Shown here: positions 1-14,225 of the stretch, piece by piece
Layout: each line of letters starts with the position of its first letter
Numbering within the stretch: position 1 is the first letter of the stretch
From: Podarcis gaigeae
Lineage: Eukaryota
Length of the DNA stretch: 64,000 bases
Reading direction: 5' to 3' (one strand)
Assembly (NCBI GenBank): GCA_964106915.2
Contig: OZ066914.1
The notes under the pieces: model-generated
Told to the model about the DNA's origin: nothing
Databases searched by the model: none
What the model saw: the letters and a program-made list of their open reading frames with translations, nothing else
Made by a program: the position numbers and the translations under genes

Positions 1-644
1 AGACCTGGCCTCAGGCAGGCCACTTGCTTTGGAATGTAGAAGAGAGATCTGGCCCTTCACCTGCCATTTGAAAATGGCTCACATAAAACAGCATACACCA
101 ACCATTTGTGTATCCATATTGCTAGAAAGATTAATAGACTACTCGTTTTTCCTGAGAACAGTGCCCAATGACAGATCAGCAGTTAAATTCCATTTATTTG
201 TATGTGTTGTAAACAAGGCCAATGTCAATTTAAATTACACATATTTAAGCACATATATAAACAGCATGATGTAGTAGTTCCCAAAAGGTGGCTTGAGTCC
301 ACCAGTTGGTGTCTTGAACCTTGCAGTTGGTTACAAGCTTGCCATCAATGGCAGATATGGGGTGGGAGCATGCAAAGAGTTTGGAGTGGTTTCTCTCCCC
401 CCCCCTCCCCCCACCTCCTGGTCAAGGATCAGCAAGTTCTGAACAAAAATAAAATCCTGTTAGTGTGTCCTTTTAACAGAATGTTTGGAAACAATTGAAT
501 GAATCTTCTTCCATTCCTGTTCAATGTTACTTTTTCATTGCATGTTGAACTATATTTTTGCGGTTGTGATACACTGTAAATCATCCTGAAATCTGATACA
601 ATGAGCAATATAAATACATTGTAAATTATTTAATTTGAACATAA

Positions 645-857
<213 letters not shown>

Positions 858-1713
858 TAGACAATACACTGCAGTTTCTAGCCAAGTTTGTCAGCTTCAG
901 TAATTATACCAAATAACATAGAAATCACATCTGGTAAATACTATACTCAAGAGTAGCAAACTAGAGTACTGTACTTAACTATTATAATATTTTAAAAATT
1001 TTCAGCTTGTGATATTGAACTTTTAAGGCAGTTCACTCAGCAATGACCTATTGACTAACATTCCAAGATGGTAGGATTCCACCACCATGTGTGAAAGGTG
1101 GACACTTCTTTGCTTACCTTTCATGTTTTATTCGTATTATTTTTAGAATTATTGCACATATATTCTAGAAACAAAGGTAACCCATACCCAGCAAATCCAA
1201 CAAAATTTTCTTTTGAGATCCCAAAAGTACACTATGAAAGCCTGTATTCTCATCCATACACTAAGACTTATAACAGTATGCATATGTAAAACATGTTCTT
1301 ACTAAGTGATCCACAAGTTAGTAAGGTAGACACTTTTCTTCTTATACTTTTCCCTTTGATGATTTTGTCTATGAAGGAAGGGATGGAAATGAGTGGAAAT
1401 TACTGCCACAATACTTGCAAAGCTAATTGAAAACACATCAGTAATTTGCTCACATAGGGTTGTATCCAGCTCCCTGGAGCACATTGATTAAATTTTTCAA
1501 TAGTTGTTCTGATATGGCATCCTGTATTTTAAATTCTCACAACTGAGTCCTTGAGTGTATTTTGAGGGTGCATAGGAGAGGAGAGGGAAGTTTCATTGAG
1601 CAAGCTGCAGTTTGTTGCACAAGTGGGACAGCAGTGAGGGACGACCACATCTTAAAGAAAAGTGGGTGCTTATTGAAAAGTAGTACGTAAGTATCTATCC
1701 CATAAAGCCACTA

Positions 1714-1884
1714 CAGTCGTAATTGTGGCTTCTGATTGGCTGCAGGAAGCTCCTGCAGCCAATCAGAAGCTGTGGAAGCCCCATCGGACGTTCGGGTTCC
1801 AAAAGAACATTCACTTTCGGGTTTGCGGCATTCAGGAGCCAAAATGTCAGAGTTCCAGGGCTTTTGGGATCCAAGGTACGACTG
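1714..1884. mobile_element. non-autonomous Tc1/mariner-type DNA element (internally deleted)
   Basis: TA|CAGTCGTA...TACGACTG|TA termini; internal palindrome gcttctgattggctgcagg-aagct-cctgcagccaatcagaagc. Confidence 0.7.
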
Positions 1885-1909
1885 TATATGTATAACATGG
1901 AAAAACATA

Positions 1910-2248
1910 CAGTGGTGCCTTGCTAGACGAAAAGAATCCGTTCCGCGATTCTCTTCGTCTAGCGGTTTTTTCGTCTTGCAAAGCAAGCCCATTGACAGCT
2001 TAGCGGATTAGCGCTACAGCTGTCTAGCGGCTTCTAGCGATCAGCTGTTAAGCGGCTTATCAGCGGAACAGCTGATAAGCGGCTTAGCGGCTTAGGGAAA
2101 GGGCGGAAAAAGCGGGAAAAACCCGCGGGGGGACGCAAGATTTTTTCGTCTTGCGAAGCAACCCCATAGGGAAATTCGTTTTGCGAAGCGCCTCCAAAAC
2201 GGAAAACCCTTTCGTCTAGCGGGTTTTCCGTCTAGCGGGGCACCACTG
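1910..2248. mobile_element. non-autonomous Tc1/mariner-type MITE
   Basis: TA target duplication; TIRs CAGTGGTGCCttGCTAGACG...CGTCTAGCggGGCACCACTG; CpG-rich interior with agcgg/ttagcgg repeats. Confidence 0.8.
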
Positions 2249-2653
2249 TATTTGTTTGGTTCACATGTAATGCTAAGGTGTGATTCAAGCAAAGCACCTG
2301 GCTTGCACGTTCTCTCTCCCTTCTCACAGCTATGCAGTTAGGAGAACTGTTGCTGAGTTTAGCTTTTTTTTAAAAAAAATGGTTTCACATTGCATATGAA
2401 TTGGGGAACCTGGTTTATAACAATGTTTCATTGCTAAATGAGCTAGCTTCAGACTGTGACTTATGAAGGTGGCTCACGTTAACAAATGCTGGTTGTAAGC
2501 CATGGTGCCTGGCTTATATGCAAACTAAAAGCTCAAGCCTTCCCAGCTGTTTGGGAGTGGGTAAATCACACACATCTGTTAAGTGCTAAATCATGTTTCT
2601 TTTTGTAGGCTGCTTGCCCCACTTGCTAAGCTTAGATTGCACTGTTAGGCTGA

Positions 2654-2821
<168 letters not shown>

Positions 2822-3397
2822 TGAATTGTATAATATGTATGCCAAGTAAGCATAGGGTATTGGCTCTCAGGACTCTGTTTGGGCTGTACCGCTTCCGTAG
2901 CCATGTCCCTCACCAGCCCTTCTTCACACCATCCATTCGTCTACTTATGTGGCTGGAGTGTGTCCTTGAATTCTGATAATGCCTCTTGCTTGCCTGAAGG
3001 ACACTACTAGTACATTGGCAGGTTCCATAAGTTGCCATGACAAGTGTACCGCTGCCATCTGGCAAGTATGACAGACAGACCTGCCTTCCCTCTCAGTGAT
3101 CCCAATAAGGGATCATTGCCTTATTGGCTCTTGCCAAGAAATCAATTACCTAGTTTCAGAAAGCCCATTTGCCATTGGGCAATAATGATTTGAGCACTAG
3201 TAGCATGGTGCTTCTCTTGCAAAAGCTGTCTTAATTATGTTCTTGTTCAGATCCGGGTAAGAGATTTAAAGATAGGGTTACCAACTCTTACAGTGTCACA
3301 ACCTGCACTGCCAATAGTTCAGCATCTGATTTCAGATCTTCATATTTTAAAATGCAGGATGTCTTGTTCAAACGTTTTATCATCTCTTCCTTTGCAG

Positions 3398-3528
3398 GGT
3401 TATGGTGTTTCCTTGGCGGCTTCCACATCCAACGCTACAAAATCAATAAAAGAGAGTAGCAATGCTGCCATTATAAAACGGTTTAACCATCACAGTGCCA
3501 TGGTCCTTGCAGCTGGGCTCAGAAAACA
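3398..3528 (+). CDS. GTF2H1: GTF2H1 coding exon
   Basis: tttgcag|...|gtaagt; [43 protein letters not shown]. Confidence 0.93.
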
Positions 3529-3990
3529 GTAAGTTTCAGCTAAGAACAGATCTTCAACTAGACTGAAAATCAACCAAGTCTATACTGTCAAATAGCCTAG
3601 CTCTATTTGTGTTGATGTTTAATAATTGAAATCAAAATGGAACAGTCAAACCATGCCCTTTGTAGGTCTGCTCAGATTGGCTCTGACGTTGGGACTCTCT
3701 CAGGCAGTTTTTATTAACTTACTTTTTGGGTGCATGTATTGTCCATCGAACCAAAAGTCCCAGGATGGGCACATCACTAAAACTGTCTTCTATCAAAGGA
3801 AGTGTACATGGGGCTAGAGACTGCTGCCCAAAGGAAACTGTCTTCTCCTTACCCCTGACACAGTGCATTTGCATAAATGCATTTTGCTTGTGCATAGAGA
3901 TGAGGGATTGAATCCTGACCATTGTACAGATCTATCTAAACTTGAGTAGTTTGAGAGAACACAGTATAATGCCTAATTCTTGCTTTTCAG

Positions 3991-4078
3991 AGACACACAG
4001 AATGACCACTACAATGAGGCCAGCAGTATGGATGGAAATTCCAGAGATTCAGATTTCTTTCAGCCACCGGTAAAAAAG
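3991..4078 (+). CDS. GTF2H1: GTF2H1 coding exon
   Basis: ttttcag|...|gtaagg; [29 protein letters not shown]; phase fits neighbours. Confidence 0.9.
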
Positions 4079-4193
4079 GTAAGGCTTCCTTTGTGATTCT
4101 AAAAGAATACCAATTTTCTCCCTTATGGGACTATGCCAAGTTCTGCTTCTTGTGTCTAGTTCTACAGTACCATGACTATGCCTTGTCTTACAG

Positions 4194-4282
4194 GTAAAGC
4201 TGCAAGAGTCCATTGAATATGAAGATTTAGAAAACAACAACAGCGTTAGAACTATTGCACTAAACCTAAAGAAATCAGATAG
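4194..4282 (+). CDS. GTF2H1: GTF2H1 coding exon
   Basis: cttacag|...|gtatga; [29 protein letters not shown]. Confidence 0.93.
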
Positions 4283-4790
4283 GTATGATTTGCAGGCCAA
4301 ATAAAGTAGTTTGGTTCTTTTGGTTCAATACAAAAAATCATTGACCCTGTTCTCCTCTTTTCTGTACATCATGCTTTCAACGAGAAAGAAGCATGCTTAT
4401 ATATACATTACCTTCAATTATGTTTTTTATAAAAAGAAATAAATTAGAATCTTGCCCTCGGGCTTACAGTTTAACAGACAACAGCAGAAAAAGGGGAAGG
4501 AAGGGCTGGCAAATCTGAAGATACCCCAGAACACACTGAGAAACATGAAAATAATTCCAAATATTACATTCTGCTTTTGCAAGAGCTTTATATAAGCAGA
4601 AGTGAAATAGTAGCTGTAAAATGTTACCACACAGCTCTGCACAAACTCTTGTATATGCTCTTGTACATGCATTTGCAAAATACTTACCGCTGTTTTCTTT
4701 CCACTTAACAGTTATTGTTGAATCTAGCACTTAGGCCTAAATCCAACATAGAGAAGCATTTTTTCACACATCGATTTCAGTGGGCTTAAG

Positions 4791-4927
4791 CAGTGTTTCC
4801 CAAGCTTTGGTCTCCAACTGTTTTTCATCTGCAACTCCCACCATCCCTTGCTAGCAGGACCTGTGGTCAGGGATGATGGGAATTGTAGTCCAAAAACAGT
4901 TGGAGACCCAAGTTTTGGGAAATACGG
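4791..4927. mobile_element. ~137 bp hAT-type MITE
   Basis: CAGTGTTTCCCAA... TIR and palindromic core (actacaa/ttgtagt, catccc/gggatg) shared with the copies at 13.9, 16.4, 17.9 and 37.7 kb. Confidence 0.75.
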
Positions 4928-5314
4928 GGGTTTAACAAAGTCCAAGTCTCTGTTGATTTTAGGCTATAATCTTTTTCACTTGTTAAGATAATTAGGTGGA
5001 TTAGAAGTGGTTGCAATATTTTATTGGCCCATGTGTTCCTCACTTCACCACTTTTCTGGCTGTTGTTTTTGTTTTGTATTTTCTGAAAAATTGACTTCAT
5101 TGGTTATCCAGCTTAATCAGACACAATCCCTTGGGTTCCCTTGCAGTGGAAGATTTCATTTTCTGGAAAATCAATATGCATTTTAAGAAAACAATTTTTT
5201 CATTTCGAGCAGAACAAAAGGTGCTACAAAGGTACCTACAGAGTGGGGTTGAACACTGAGAAATTGGATTGTTGTTCCCAGATTTTTAATTATAATTTCT
5301 CCTTTGGTCAACAG

Positions 5315-5432
5315 GTATTATCATGGTCCAACACCAATTCAATCACAGCAATATGCAACTAGCCAAGATATTATTAATTCTTTGTATAGTATTAGAGAAG
5401 AAATGGACACTTATGTACCCAAACTAACTCAG
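5315..5432 (+). CDS. GTF2H1: GTF2H1 coding exon
   Basis: tcaacag|...|gtagga; [39 protein letters not shown]. Confidence 0.93.
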
Positions 5433-6526
5433 GTAGGATATGCATGTTGCTTTATTAAATAAAACATTCAACCCGAAGTATGGCTGTACTTAGTTACAGT
5501 CTGGCATGGAACCCTGTTAAGCTATCAGTTTTTGCAAGTGGTTCTTCCATGTGAATGCTTCCCAACCACCAATAGTTCTTGCATGTTTACTACAGCCCTC
5601 CACTGTAAGTCTACAGAGTTGTAACATGTAAGGTATTAAATCACTTCTAGGATAAACTCAGGACTCTGTTGGAGAGGATTAAACATGGGACATCCACAGA
5701 AAATATATATGGGTGGATTCAACTTGGTTGTTTCATGCATGGAACAAGGTTTGCTTGTGAAATGGGACTTTGCCCCCACCCCATACACTTCCTAAATCGA
5801 CTCTGGAGGGTTGGCGGCAAAGTCCCATCGCATGAGTGGCTTTGTTCTCCATGCACATACCCCACTTACCACTATCTGAATTCCACTCTCTGATCAGAAG
5901 GCGTTTGGAGTACACTTAGTATTGTTTCATTCACTCAAATAATCAATACTGTATTGGGATATATGAAGAAGACAGTCTTTTGAGTTTAAAGGAACTAGGC
6001 CATTTTGATACATGATTGCATAACCTAACTGCCTTAGCACATTAACTGCTCAGTTATGAAATAGCATAGTGCTTTGCTCGTTCATTCATTTGCTATATTT
6101 TTTGAGCTCTCCGCCTGCACACCTTGCAGTTGAGCAGCAGGAAGTGAAAACGTGCCTCTTCTTGTACGGCACTTTCAGACATTAGATGTGAACAGATTGT
6201 TCTTGCTGTTGGTTTGGTGTTTTTTCTCCCTTATTCTGACAGCCAGCTTGATTTTTCTTCTTCTGCTATTAGGCTAAACTATGTACTGTACTGTAAAGCA
6301 CTTTAAGAATGGTTATGGCTGAGTTATATAAATATAATAAATATCCACTTGGGGTATTACAAGAATTGTCATTCTTAATATAACACCAAATAATAATTGT
6401 ACTTTAGAACAAAATTAATATGGCATATAACTATATGGTTAAGCCCATATGACTCAAGCAATATCCATAGGTTTTGAGGAGTTCTTTTATTATGGTGTCT
6501 GACCTTTATTTTGCCTCTTTTTCAAG

Positions 6527-6617
6527 GTTATCTCAAGTGGTGCTGCAAATAGTACGATCGCAGCTCTGTCACCTGGAGGAGCACTTATGCAGGGTGGAAC
6601 ACAGCAAGCCATAAATC
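6527..6617 (+). CDS. GTF2H1: GTF2H1 coding exon
   Basis: tttcaag|...|gtaagt; [30 protein letters not shown]. Confidence 0.93.
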
Positions 6618-6984
6618 GTAAGTATTTTCTGTTTTCGTCACTCATGCCTTAGCAAATGTGTGAAATGCTCATGTAAGCATTATAGGACAATTCTTTTAGC
6701 TAAGGTGAAGAGATTGAAAATATCTGACTAGTTGTACAACCTTGGCTGTGGCAAGAGTTCTTTTTCCACCCAACTCAGGCAAGTTGAATAGTTTTCAGTG
6801 AGGGACAGTGAACCGGCCCCCTGCTATAAAAATTTGCTGACCTCTGGCCTAGTCCTTAACTGTGTGGGATCCTCTAATGATGCGAATATCAAAAACACAA
6901 TTTTCTGCCCACTGCCAACTATCACAGTTTGTGAGACGAAGTGGTGGTATAAATGTGACTTGCCTTCATTGTTTTTGACTGCAG

Positions 6985-7100
6985 AGATGGTGCCAAATGA
7001 TGTTCAGGCTGAGCTGAAACACTTGTATGTGGCACTAGGAGAGCTGTTACGACATTTTTGGTCCTGCTTTCCGGTTAACACACCATTCCTAGAAGAGAAG
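6985..7100 (+). CDS. GTF2H1: GTF2H1 coding exon
   Basis: actgcag|...|gtagga; [38 protein letters not shown]. Confidence 0.95.
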
Positions 7101-7982
7101 GTAGGAAGGATCTGTAGTAGGACTTGGCTTATCCTTATCATTATTGATAGACAGCAGTCTGTTCTGTAATGAAATGTGCATGCTGAGATCTGTTGATATG
7201 AAAGCTTTCTATAATGAATGGCCTGCTGCATGCAACAATTCTGTCCCAGATGAACAGCAGTGTGTGGAATGTCAGCCTGAAGAAAGTTCGCTATTGGAGC
7301 AAATGTAGTACCAGCTGATCTTGCTACCTAATCCAGTGGTTTTTTCAAATAATTTCGAAAGAGGTGATTTTTGTCTTCAGGGACTTTAAAAGAAGCTTTG
7401 AAAAATAATAAGTGCAGGAACGAAAGTTTTGCACTGCATATGTGTTCTGTATTTTAATCAGGCATACTATAGAAAGTTTAAAGTATAACAACTTTAAAGA
7501 AACTTCCACATGCTAAAACAAGTGTGTAGTCTGCTTTCCCATTCAATGGGAAAAGAAGTTTTAGGGTTCTATTTAAATATGTCTCTGCTAACACACGGTT
7601 TTTTGATCCAGTGGAAGATGCTATAAATGGAAAGTGTGAGGTGGAAGTAATTTTCACAGATATTTCCCCCCTTCCATCTGTCTGACCCACACGTGACCTC
7701 CCCCCATCTGTTTCAGAGTTGGGGGCCCTTTTTTGGAATAGTGTAGTGTGTAGCATAGGGAGCTGCAAAAGAAAAAGGGACATTTGTGGGGGTTAAACCC
7801 CCCCCCCATTTCCCCACTTGCAGAATGCTCCAGTGGATTAGAGTTATTTCAGCAGCGGAGCACAATTGGCTACAAGCATTAGGGTGAAATCCAACAGTGG
7901 AAATCTACCAGTGGAACGGATAAGTTTGAAAAAGCAAAATAGCTTCCTTTAAATGTTTGTTCTCTGATATTTTCTCTTTCAG

Positions 7983-8075
7983 GTTGTGAAAATGAGGAGT
8001 AATCTGGAAAGATTTCAAGTTACTAAACTGTGTCCATTCCAAGACAAAATTCGAAGACAGTATTTAAGCATAAAT
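7983..8075 (+). CDS. GTF2H1: GTF2H1 coding exon
   Basis: ctttcag|...|gtaaga; [31 protein letters not shown]. Confidence 0.94.
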
Positions 8076-8892
8076 GTAAGAGGGAAAAGCAACCTACGAA
8101 TATGAAATAATAAGGGTAGCATAATGCATTGTTCATATAAATTGCTGATTGCTAGAAAAAATGGCAAAATTGATTTGCCTTATATGAAACAGGTACCATT
8201 AGCTTCAGAAATAAGGAAGCTTTCAGTTTTTTCTAGAGTGGGCAGTGAACACCGGGAAAGTATTTCCTGTAACCCAGCCCCCTTCCTTCTTAAATGTCAA
8301 CTTTGAAAATGACCACTATGCCCACCTGTTCCTCCCATGTCGTAAAATGGACAGCATCTCAATCAACTTTTTAACAGCAGGGACATCACATTAACTGAAG
8401 GTACCTTGTGGTCACTATCCTGCTTCAAAGCTTTATCATGATCATGACTCAAGTGCCCAAACACTTATTTTCCTATGGGTGGTCTTACTGAATCCATTGC
8501 CACAACCTGTATAAGATAAGGCTAAAGGTGATTTTTTTTTTTGTGAGTTGTTTAAACTTCCCTTCAAGTTGCTAGCTATATATTGCCAGTATGTACTGTA
8601 GTGCAATAGAGGACCAGTAAAAAAAAAGTTCTGACTCATTAAATTAGGTCTTCTCGTTTACCATCACTGATCTGTGTGTGATTCTGCTTTTTTTTGCACT
8701 CAGAGAAGATGAATACTTGGTGTTCTATACAACTCAGTTCTCCTCAGAGTAGACTCAATCAAAATTAACAGTCCAGACTTAAGTCACTTTCATTAACTTC
8801 ATTGGGTCCACTCTTAATAGGACTAACATTGAATGTAGCCCTTGGCTTAGTAATATTTTTGTACTAATTTTTGCAAACCTTGTTTTTTTCAG

Positions 8893-8979
8893 CTGATAAA
8901 TCACATAGAAGAAATGCTGCAAACAGCCTACAATAAATTCCACACATGGCAGTCTCGGCGTATGTTGAAGAAAACGTGA
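8893..8979 (+). CDS. GTF2H1: GTF2H1 last coding exon
   Basis: ttttcag|CTG...; [31 protein letters not shown] at 8977-8979. Confidence 0.94.
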   Translation: MINHIEEMLQTAYNKFHTWQSRRMLKKT

Positions 8980-9288
8980 AGACCCAGTGATGCCAGATTT
9001 TTTGAGTGGGAAGCATTTGCAATAGCTGTAGGAATGCAGCTACCCAGTGGGGTATATCTTACAGACAATGCTGGAAAGTCAGCATCATACGGACTCCTGA
9101 AAACGATGCTAACTGAACTTGCACACTTTCTGGAAAGAAACAAGAGGTCAAACTTGAAAACTAGGAAGTTAAAAGGAACCAAACCAGAAGAGCTAAGTGG
9201 CAAATATCTCTATCTATAAATGTAAAGACACTGTTTACTGCAGTTACTCAGGAACTGCTTTTGATTTTCATAAAGAGCTGCTTTCAGA

Positions 9289-9509
9289 AATAAAAACTTT
9301 AAAAAGGGTGTATTAATAAAATCCAAGATTGTTTGTCTAGTTTTTTAAAAGTGTATGATACAGGGTAGAACCTAAACAGTTATTTCTTCACTGTATCCTG
9401 GCATTATATTGAATTCTGTTTGTATTTCTAGAAACAGGTTTAACATTTTAAATATTATTGAGAGACTTTTTAGCCTCAAATTCCTAAGCAGCTTAGATGC
9501 TAAAATAAA
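9289..9509 (+). terminator. candidate GTF2H1 polyadenylation signals
   Basis: AATAAA at ~9289, ~9315 and ~9504 downstream of the stop; which one is used is unknown. Confidence 0.45.
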
Positions 9510-12084
9510 CAAGTTTGGTTTTTTTTGCCATGTTTTGCTACAAATCAACAGCTAATGCACTGATGAAGTTTGGTGTTTAAAGGAGGTACCTTTGGCAGAA
9601 AGAGTGCAAAGTTTTATGCAGGATTTTTACCAGCCATCGTTTACATGTTTTCTTTTTACTGCTAGAGTGTGCTGCTGCAGTTTTTTAAAGTCTGACTTTT
9701 GTTTGGAGGTGAAACAAAATCATTTTTAAAGTGAGTTTAAGAAGCTTACAGAAGTAATAACTTTTTATACTATTGAGGGGAAAAACAATCTTACATGTGC
9801 TTTTTTCAGTTCTCTCCTGATGACTGTTAGCGCTGTATCTGGCGACTAGATAATCATTGAAGAGTGAAAATACGATATCTTTAGCTATATGTGGAATCTG
9901 TTCCATGTTATGGTCCAAATAGGAAGCATTTCACTCTTACCTAAGATGTACCTGCCATGTATTAAATACTTGACTTATAAAAACAAAGTAAACTTGTTTT
10001 ATATAGTCCATGGAGTCAGACTCCTTATATTTTGTTGTCTTAATGTCTTCCTCATTAGAAGTCTATTCTAGGACCAAGCAAATGGCTTTGATTATGTGTG
10101 TGATGAGATCTATTGAGATATTTTAGAAACTAGTGGTTTATGACCCCATAAACCATTATTTTTTAGTGGCGACTGTTGGAATTCATTGGTAAGTTAGAAA
10201 CTTTGTCCTATTTTCAGAACTGTTCATGCCCAGAAAGAATTATTAGTATTACTGATTTACAGTGTATTGGCATGAAGGATCGCTTCCCACCTTGAGCCAT
10301 GTCTATGAACTAGCAGTTTGAGAGCCACAAGGATTTCTCCTCATGCAAGAGTATGTGCTTCTTTACATGCTCACACAGTGTTCTCCAGTGAATTGATATT
10401 CTGCAACAACCCAAACTTGATAAGCAGACCACTGTATCTATACTGAAATACTATGAAGTAGATGTAAGGCATTATCCTTAAACTTGCCACTGCTTGCCTT
10501 TTCAGAGGGGCTGCATGTTATGTGTTGCAAAATGATTCTGCTTCTAAACGAAAAGGAGCTTTCTCTTTGATTGGACGCGGCGAAATGTGAAAAGCTGGAA
10601 TTAATCATGAATAATAAAAGCTGCTGCTGCTGTGGTAATGTCAACTTACTGAAACATGGCTCTGGTAATACGTCACTGGGTCTTTTGGGTGAGCCCCTCA
10701 AGCAAGCGTAATTCTGATGACCTTGTCGGCAGTGTACCAATGACACATACATATCTTCAAGTACCATCTGTGCAACAAAGAGCGTACTACAGGCGGCAGG
10801 CTGAAACAGCTTTTTGCATTGAGAAATGCTTCGGTCAGGCTCAAGTGCAGGATTCATGTGCACACATTCCACTTGATCCTGTTGCTGTGAAGGCATGAAG
10901 GTATACATTTGCACTGATACTTCTGAGCAATAATTAGCTGATACAAACCATAAAGGTGGGCTTCATCAAAACTTATTCAGGCAGATAACCAGATTGACGG
11001 TCATTTAACAAAATATTTTTTCTGTCTTCTCTTCCTGGAATTTTAAAATTTCCATAGTTATGTCGGGCTTTGGGATAAAAAAGTCTGTAATTGCAGAAAT
11101 ATCCCCAAATAGAGAATTTAAACACCGTGAATGGTTTTTTCAATTCTTTGACTTGAGAAGTACCATGAGACTCTCCTACCAGAAGATGGCAATAGCACTA
11201 TCATGCCTACATCATGCCTACTTTCCTTACATAGCTCTTTTGTGCTCCTGCTGTTTGACCTTTGTTGATTCCAGTACTACTTAAGCATGGTCCGAAACAG
11301 ATGAGTGGCATTAACTGTGAATTGATGTTTTGCTAACCATGCAGTTATTGGAATCTGAAGATAGAACTTGTCTTGAATGGAAACTCATGCAACTTGTATC
11401 ACTGGCATTGATCCAAAATTGTAGAATAAATCTGAATTCTGTAGTCAAGTGGTTTTTCTATGCTTTAGGGTGTCTATCTTGTGACTTCTCTCAAATCAAG
11501 AGGAAATATCAACTCAAGAATCTGATAATCATGCTTGTGTAACTGAGTATTTTAAAGGTTCTTTTGTTTTTGACACGCTGAACTGTAATTCATTTCAACA
11601 TTTTACTTGCAAATATTCTAGGCTGCTGCGGCTGTCCTTCAGTTGAAAGGAAAATATCCTTTCTATCTTTTAAATGGGAGCCTCAGCTGTGTGAGCTACT
11701 GCTGCTCAGGCATTGCATGTAGGGTAATGGCACACATGCACATCAATGCTCACCCAACCACACAGTCTGCACATTCAGCAAGAGGTCTAGGAGATCAAAG
11801 AAGAGCAGAGTGTACAGCTGCAGGAGGCTCTGGTTAGGCACACAAATAACATTTTCAGTGATGAATATAATGAAACAATTGAACAAATCTTTTGTTAAAA
11901 AAATCATTTACATTTTTACTTGCAAAAAATAGAATACCATACATTTTAATCAAATAATTTTTGAAAAGAAATGCAAAAGTGTGCATGCAGCTCATAATGT
12001 CATTAAAATGTGGTGGTTATGTATTTCCTAAATATAAGGAGTTCCATAAGTGTATTTTTTCCTGGGCTTCATTAATCTAATCCA

Positions 12085-12280
12085 GAGCCAGAGTGTGGGG
12101 TAGTGGTTAGAGCCCTGGAATAGGACATGGAAGACCAGCATTCAAATCCCCACTTGGCCATAGAACTCAGTGGATGACCTCAAGCCGGTAACTGCCTCTC
12201 AACATAACCTACCTTGCAGGCTTGCGGGGACTGAGTGAAGAGAAAGATAACCATGTTATACCACCTTGTGCTCCTTGGAT
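12085..12280 (+). mobile_element. old tRNA-derived SINE (MIR/Squam-like)
   Basis: A-box-like gtagtggttagag and B-box-like attcaaatcccc followed by a degenerate SINE body. Confidence 0.55.
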
Positions 12281-12600
12281 GTAGTCAATCTGCCCCAGAG
12301 GGTTGGTGGAACCCTCAGGTTTGGGGAGGGGAAGTTGCATTGCACATAATGAAACCTTGCCCCAATTTTCTAGTTTTGTAACTCCGGAGTTAAATTCTTC
12401 CTCCACTTGCAAGCTGATTGTGTGTTGTCCATTCTACCACTGCCATTGTACTATAGGGCTTAGGCTAGGAGTTACTGCCCAACTTCATCACATCCTATGC
12501 TTGTTATTTGGCAAAAAACAAATTAACGAGATCAGTGGCAAAGAGAAATTGCCTCTTTCCATGTTATGCAGTACCTGTGGTTCAGTATATATCTCTAGTA

Positions 12601-12929
12601 AAAGGTAAAGGGACCCCTGGTCCAGTTGTGACTGACTCAGGTTGCGGCACTCATCTTGTTTTATTGGCCAAGGGAGCCAGGGCCATGTGGCCAGCATGAC
12701 TAAGCGGCTTCTGGCGAAGCAAAGCAGCGCACAGAAATGTTGTTTACCTTCCCACCTATTTATCTACTTGCACTTTGATGTGCTTTCAAATTGCTAGGTT
12801 GGCAGGAGAAGAGACCGAGCAACGGGAGCTCACCCCATCGCAGGGATTCGAACCGCGGGGATTTGAACCGCCGACCTTCTGATCGGCAAGTCCTAGGCTC
12901 TGTGGTTTAACTCACAGTGCCACCCGTAC
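12601..12929 (-). mobile_element. Sauria SINE
   Basis: Reverse complement of the 20705 copy with (ACCTTT)n tail; internal deletions and a short duplication of the B-box region (gggattcgaaccgc/gggatttgaaccgc). Confidence 0.85.
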
Positions 12930-13900
12930 CTCTAGAATGGGTGCTGTAATGGGGATCTACATTCCATGAGAAAAGGCCTAGTTTTATGCAGGACCGGACT
13001 GGCCTTGACATGTACTGGATTATCCTCTGGGGCAGGAAGTTTGTTCCTACTGATGTTAATTAGGCAATAAGAGAAATGCTGTGGGCCTTAAAAGGTGGAG
13101 AATGTCTTACTGTGTCTGCATAATCAGCCACATACTTGTGCCCAACCCCATCCTAGGTGGCAAATGGCCCATTAAGAGAGATTAGTGGTCTTATGTCAAT
13201 GTCAGCCCCTTAAATTGCCTAACAATACCTGAATTTTTGAGGCTTTGTTCATCCTGGTTCCCTGTTTCATTCTTAACTAAAGTGGAAAAAAGGAATTAGA
13301 TGGTGACATTGCTAGCATTGGCACACACCAATTCTGGTCTCAGTGGGGCTCTGTTGCCTTTTGTTTTTCTGGGCTCTTGGTTGGTAAACTGGCCTCAAAA
13401 TCCAAGGAGAAAACAACCCTTTTGCAAACTGGATTTTTATGGCTAGGAAGCCCAATGAATCATGCAAGAGAGATGACAATTTTACTTTTGACTTCTACCC
13501 AGCCCCAAACTTCCATATAAAACTATTCAGTAAGCCTGTTAATCTGCTCCCTTTTCTTTCTCAGCCGCTCTGCACTCAGGCTGCTTCTGCAGTAGCTCCA
13601 GGAGTCTTAATGGTGTTTTTCATTTCAGAGCAGTCTGGGTAATTCTGTAGCACAATTTGCTCCCTTGATGATTTCCTGGCCATTAATGTTATTACCAGGT
13701 CCTCGCTCTGGCAGAGAGACCACTTCACCTTAAGCAAACATTGTTAACAAGCCATTTACTCTGAGTCAGATACAATGAGGCAATTGAAACAAAGCAACAG
13801 TGTGTCTGAGCTGAACTGTACAACCTTTCAACCTTCTGCTTAGTGAGTATACATTTTGCCACTGAGCTGCTACAAGCACTCTCCCTAATACAGTACTGTA

Positions 13901-14036
13901 CAGGCATCCCCAAGCTTGGCCCTCCAGATGTTTTGGGACTACAATTCCCATCATCCCTGACCACTGGTCCTGTTAGCTAGGGATGATGGGAGTTGTAGTC
14001 CCAAAACATATAGAGGGTCGAGTTTGGGGATGCCTG
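13901..14036. mobile_element. hAT-type MITE
   Basis: TIRs CAGGCATCCCCAA...TTGGGGATGCCTG with the shared palindromic core. Confidence 0.8.
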
Positions 14037-14149
14037 CCCTAATATATTCTTCGTTTGCCTCTGGCTTAAGCATCATGCTCAATGCAGCAGAAATAGTACA
14101 TTCTGAGATTGCTGAAGCAATGAGCACCTTTAGATTCTCTACCTCGTCA

Positions 14150-14225
14150 CAGAGAATTGTAGAATTTGTAGAGCTGGAAGGGACCAAAAGGGTCATCTAG
14201 TCCAGACCCCTGCATTGCAGGAATA
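14150..14225 (-). mobile_element. CR1 LINE 3' end fragment
   Basis: agaattgtagaatttgtagagctggaagggacc...catctagtcc is typical of the reverse complement of a CR1 3' tail. Confidence 0.55.

Noticed and set aside
1990-2095. Short repeated agcgg/ttagcgg units resembling an array
   Set aside because: Interior of a mariner-type MITE; no repeat-spacer organisation, and the DNA is eukaryotic, so not CRISPR.
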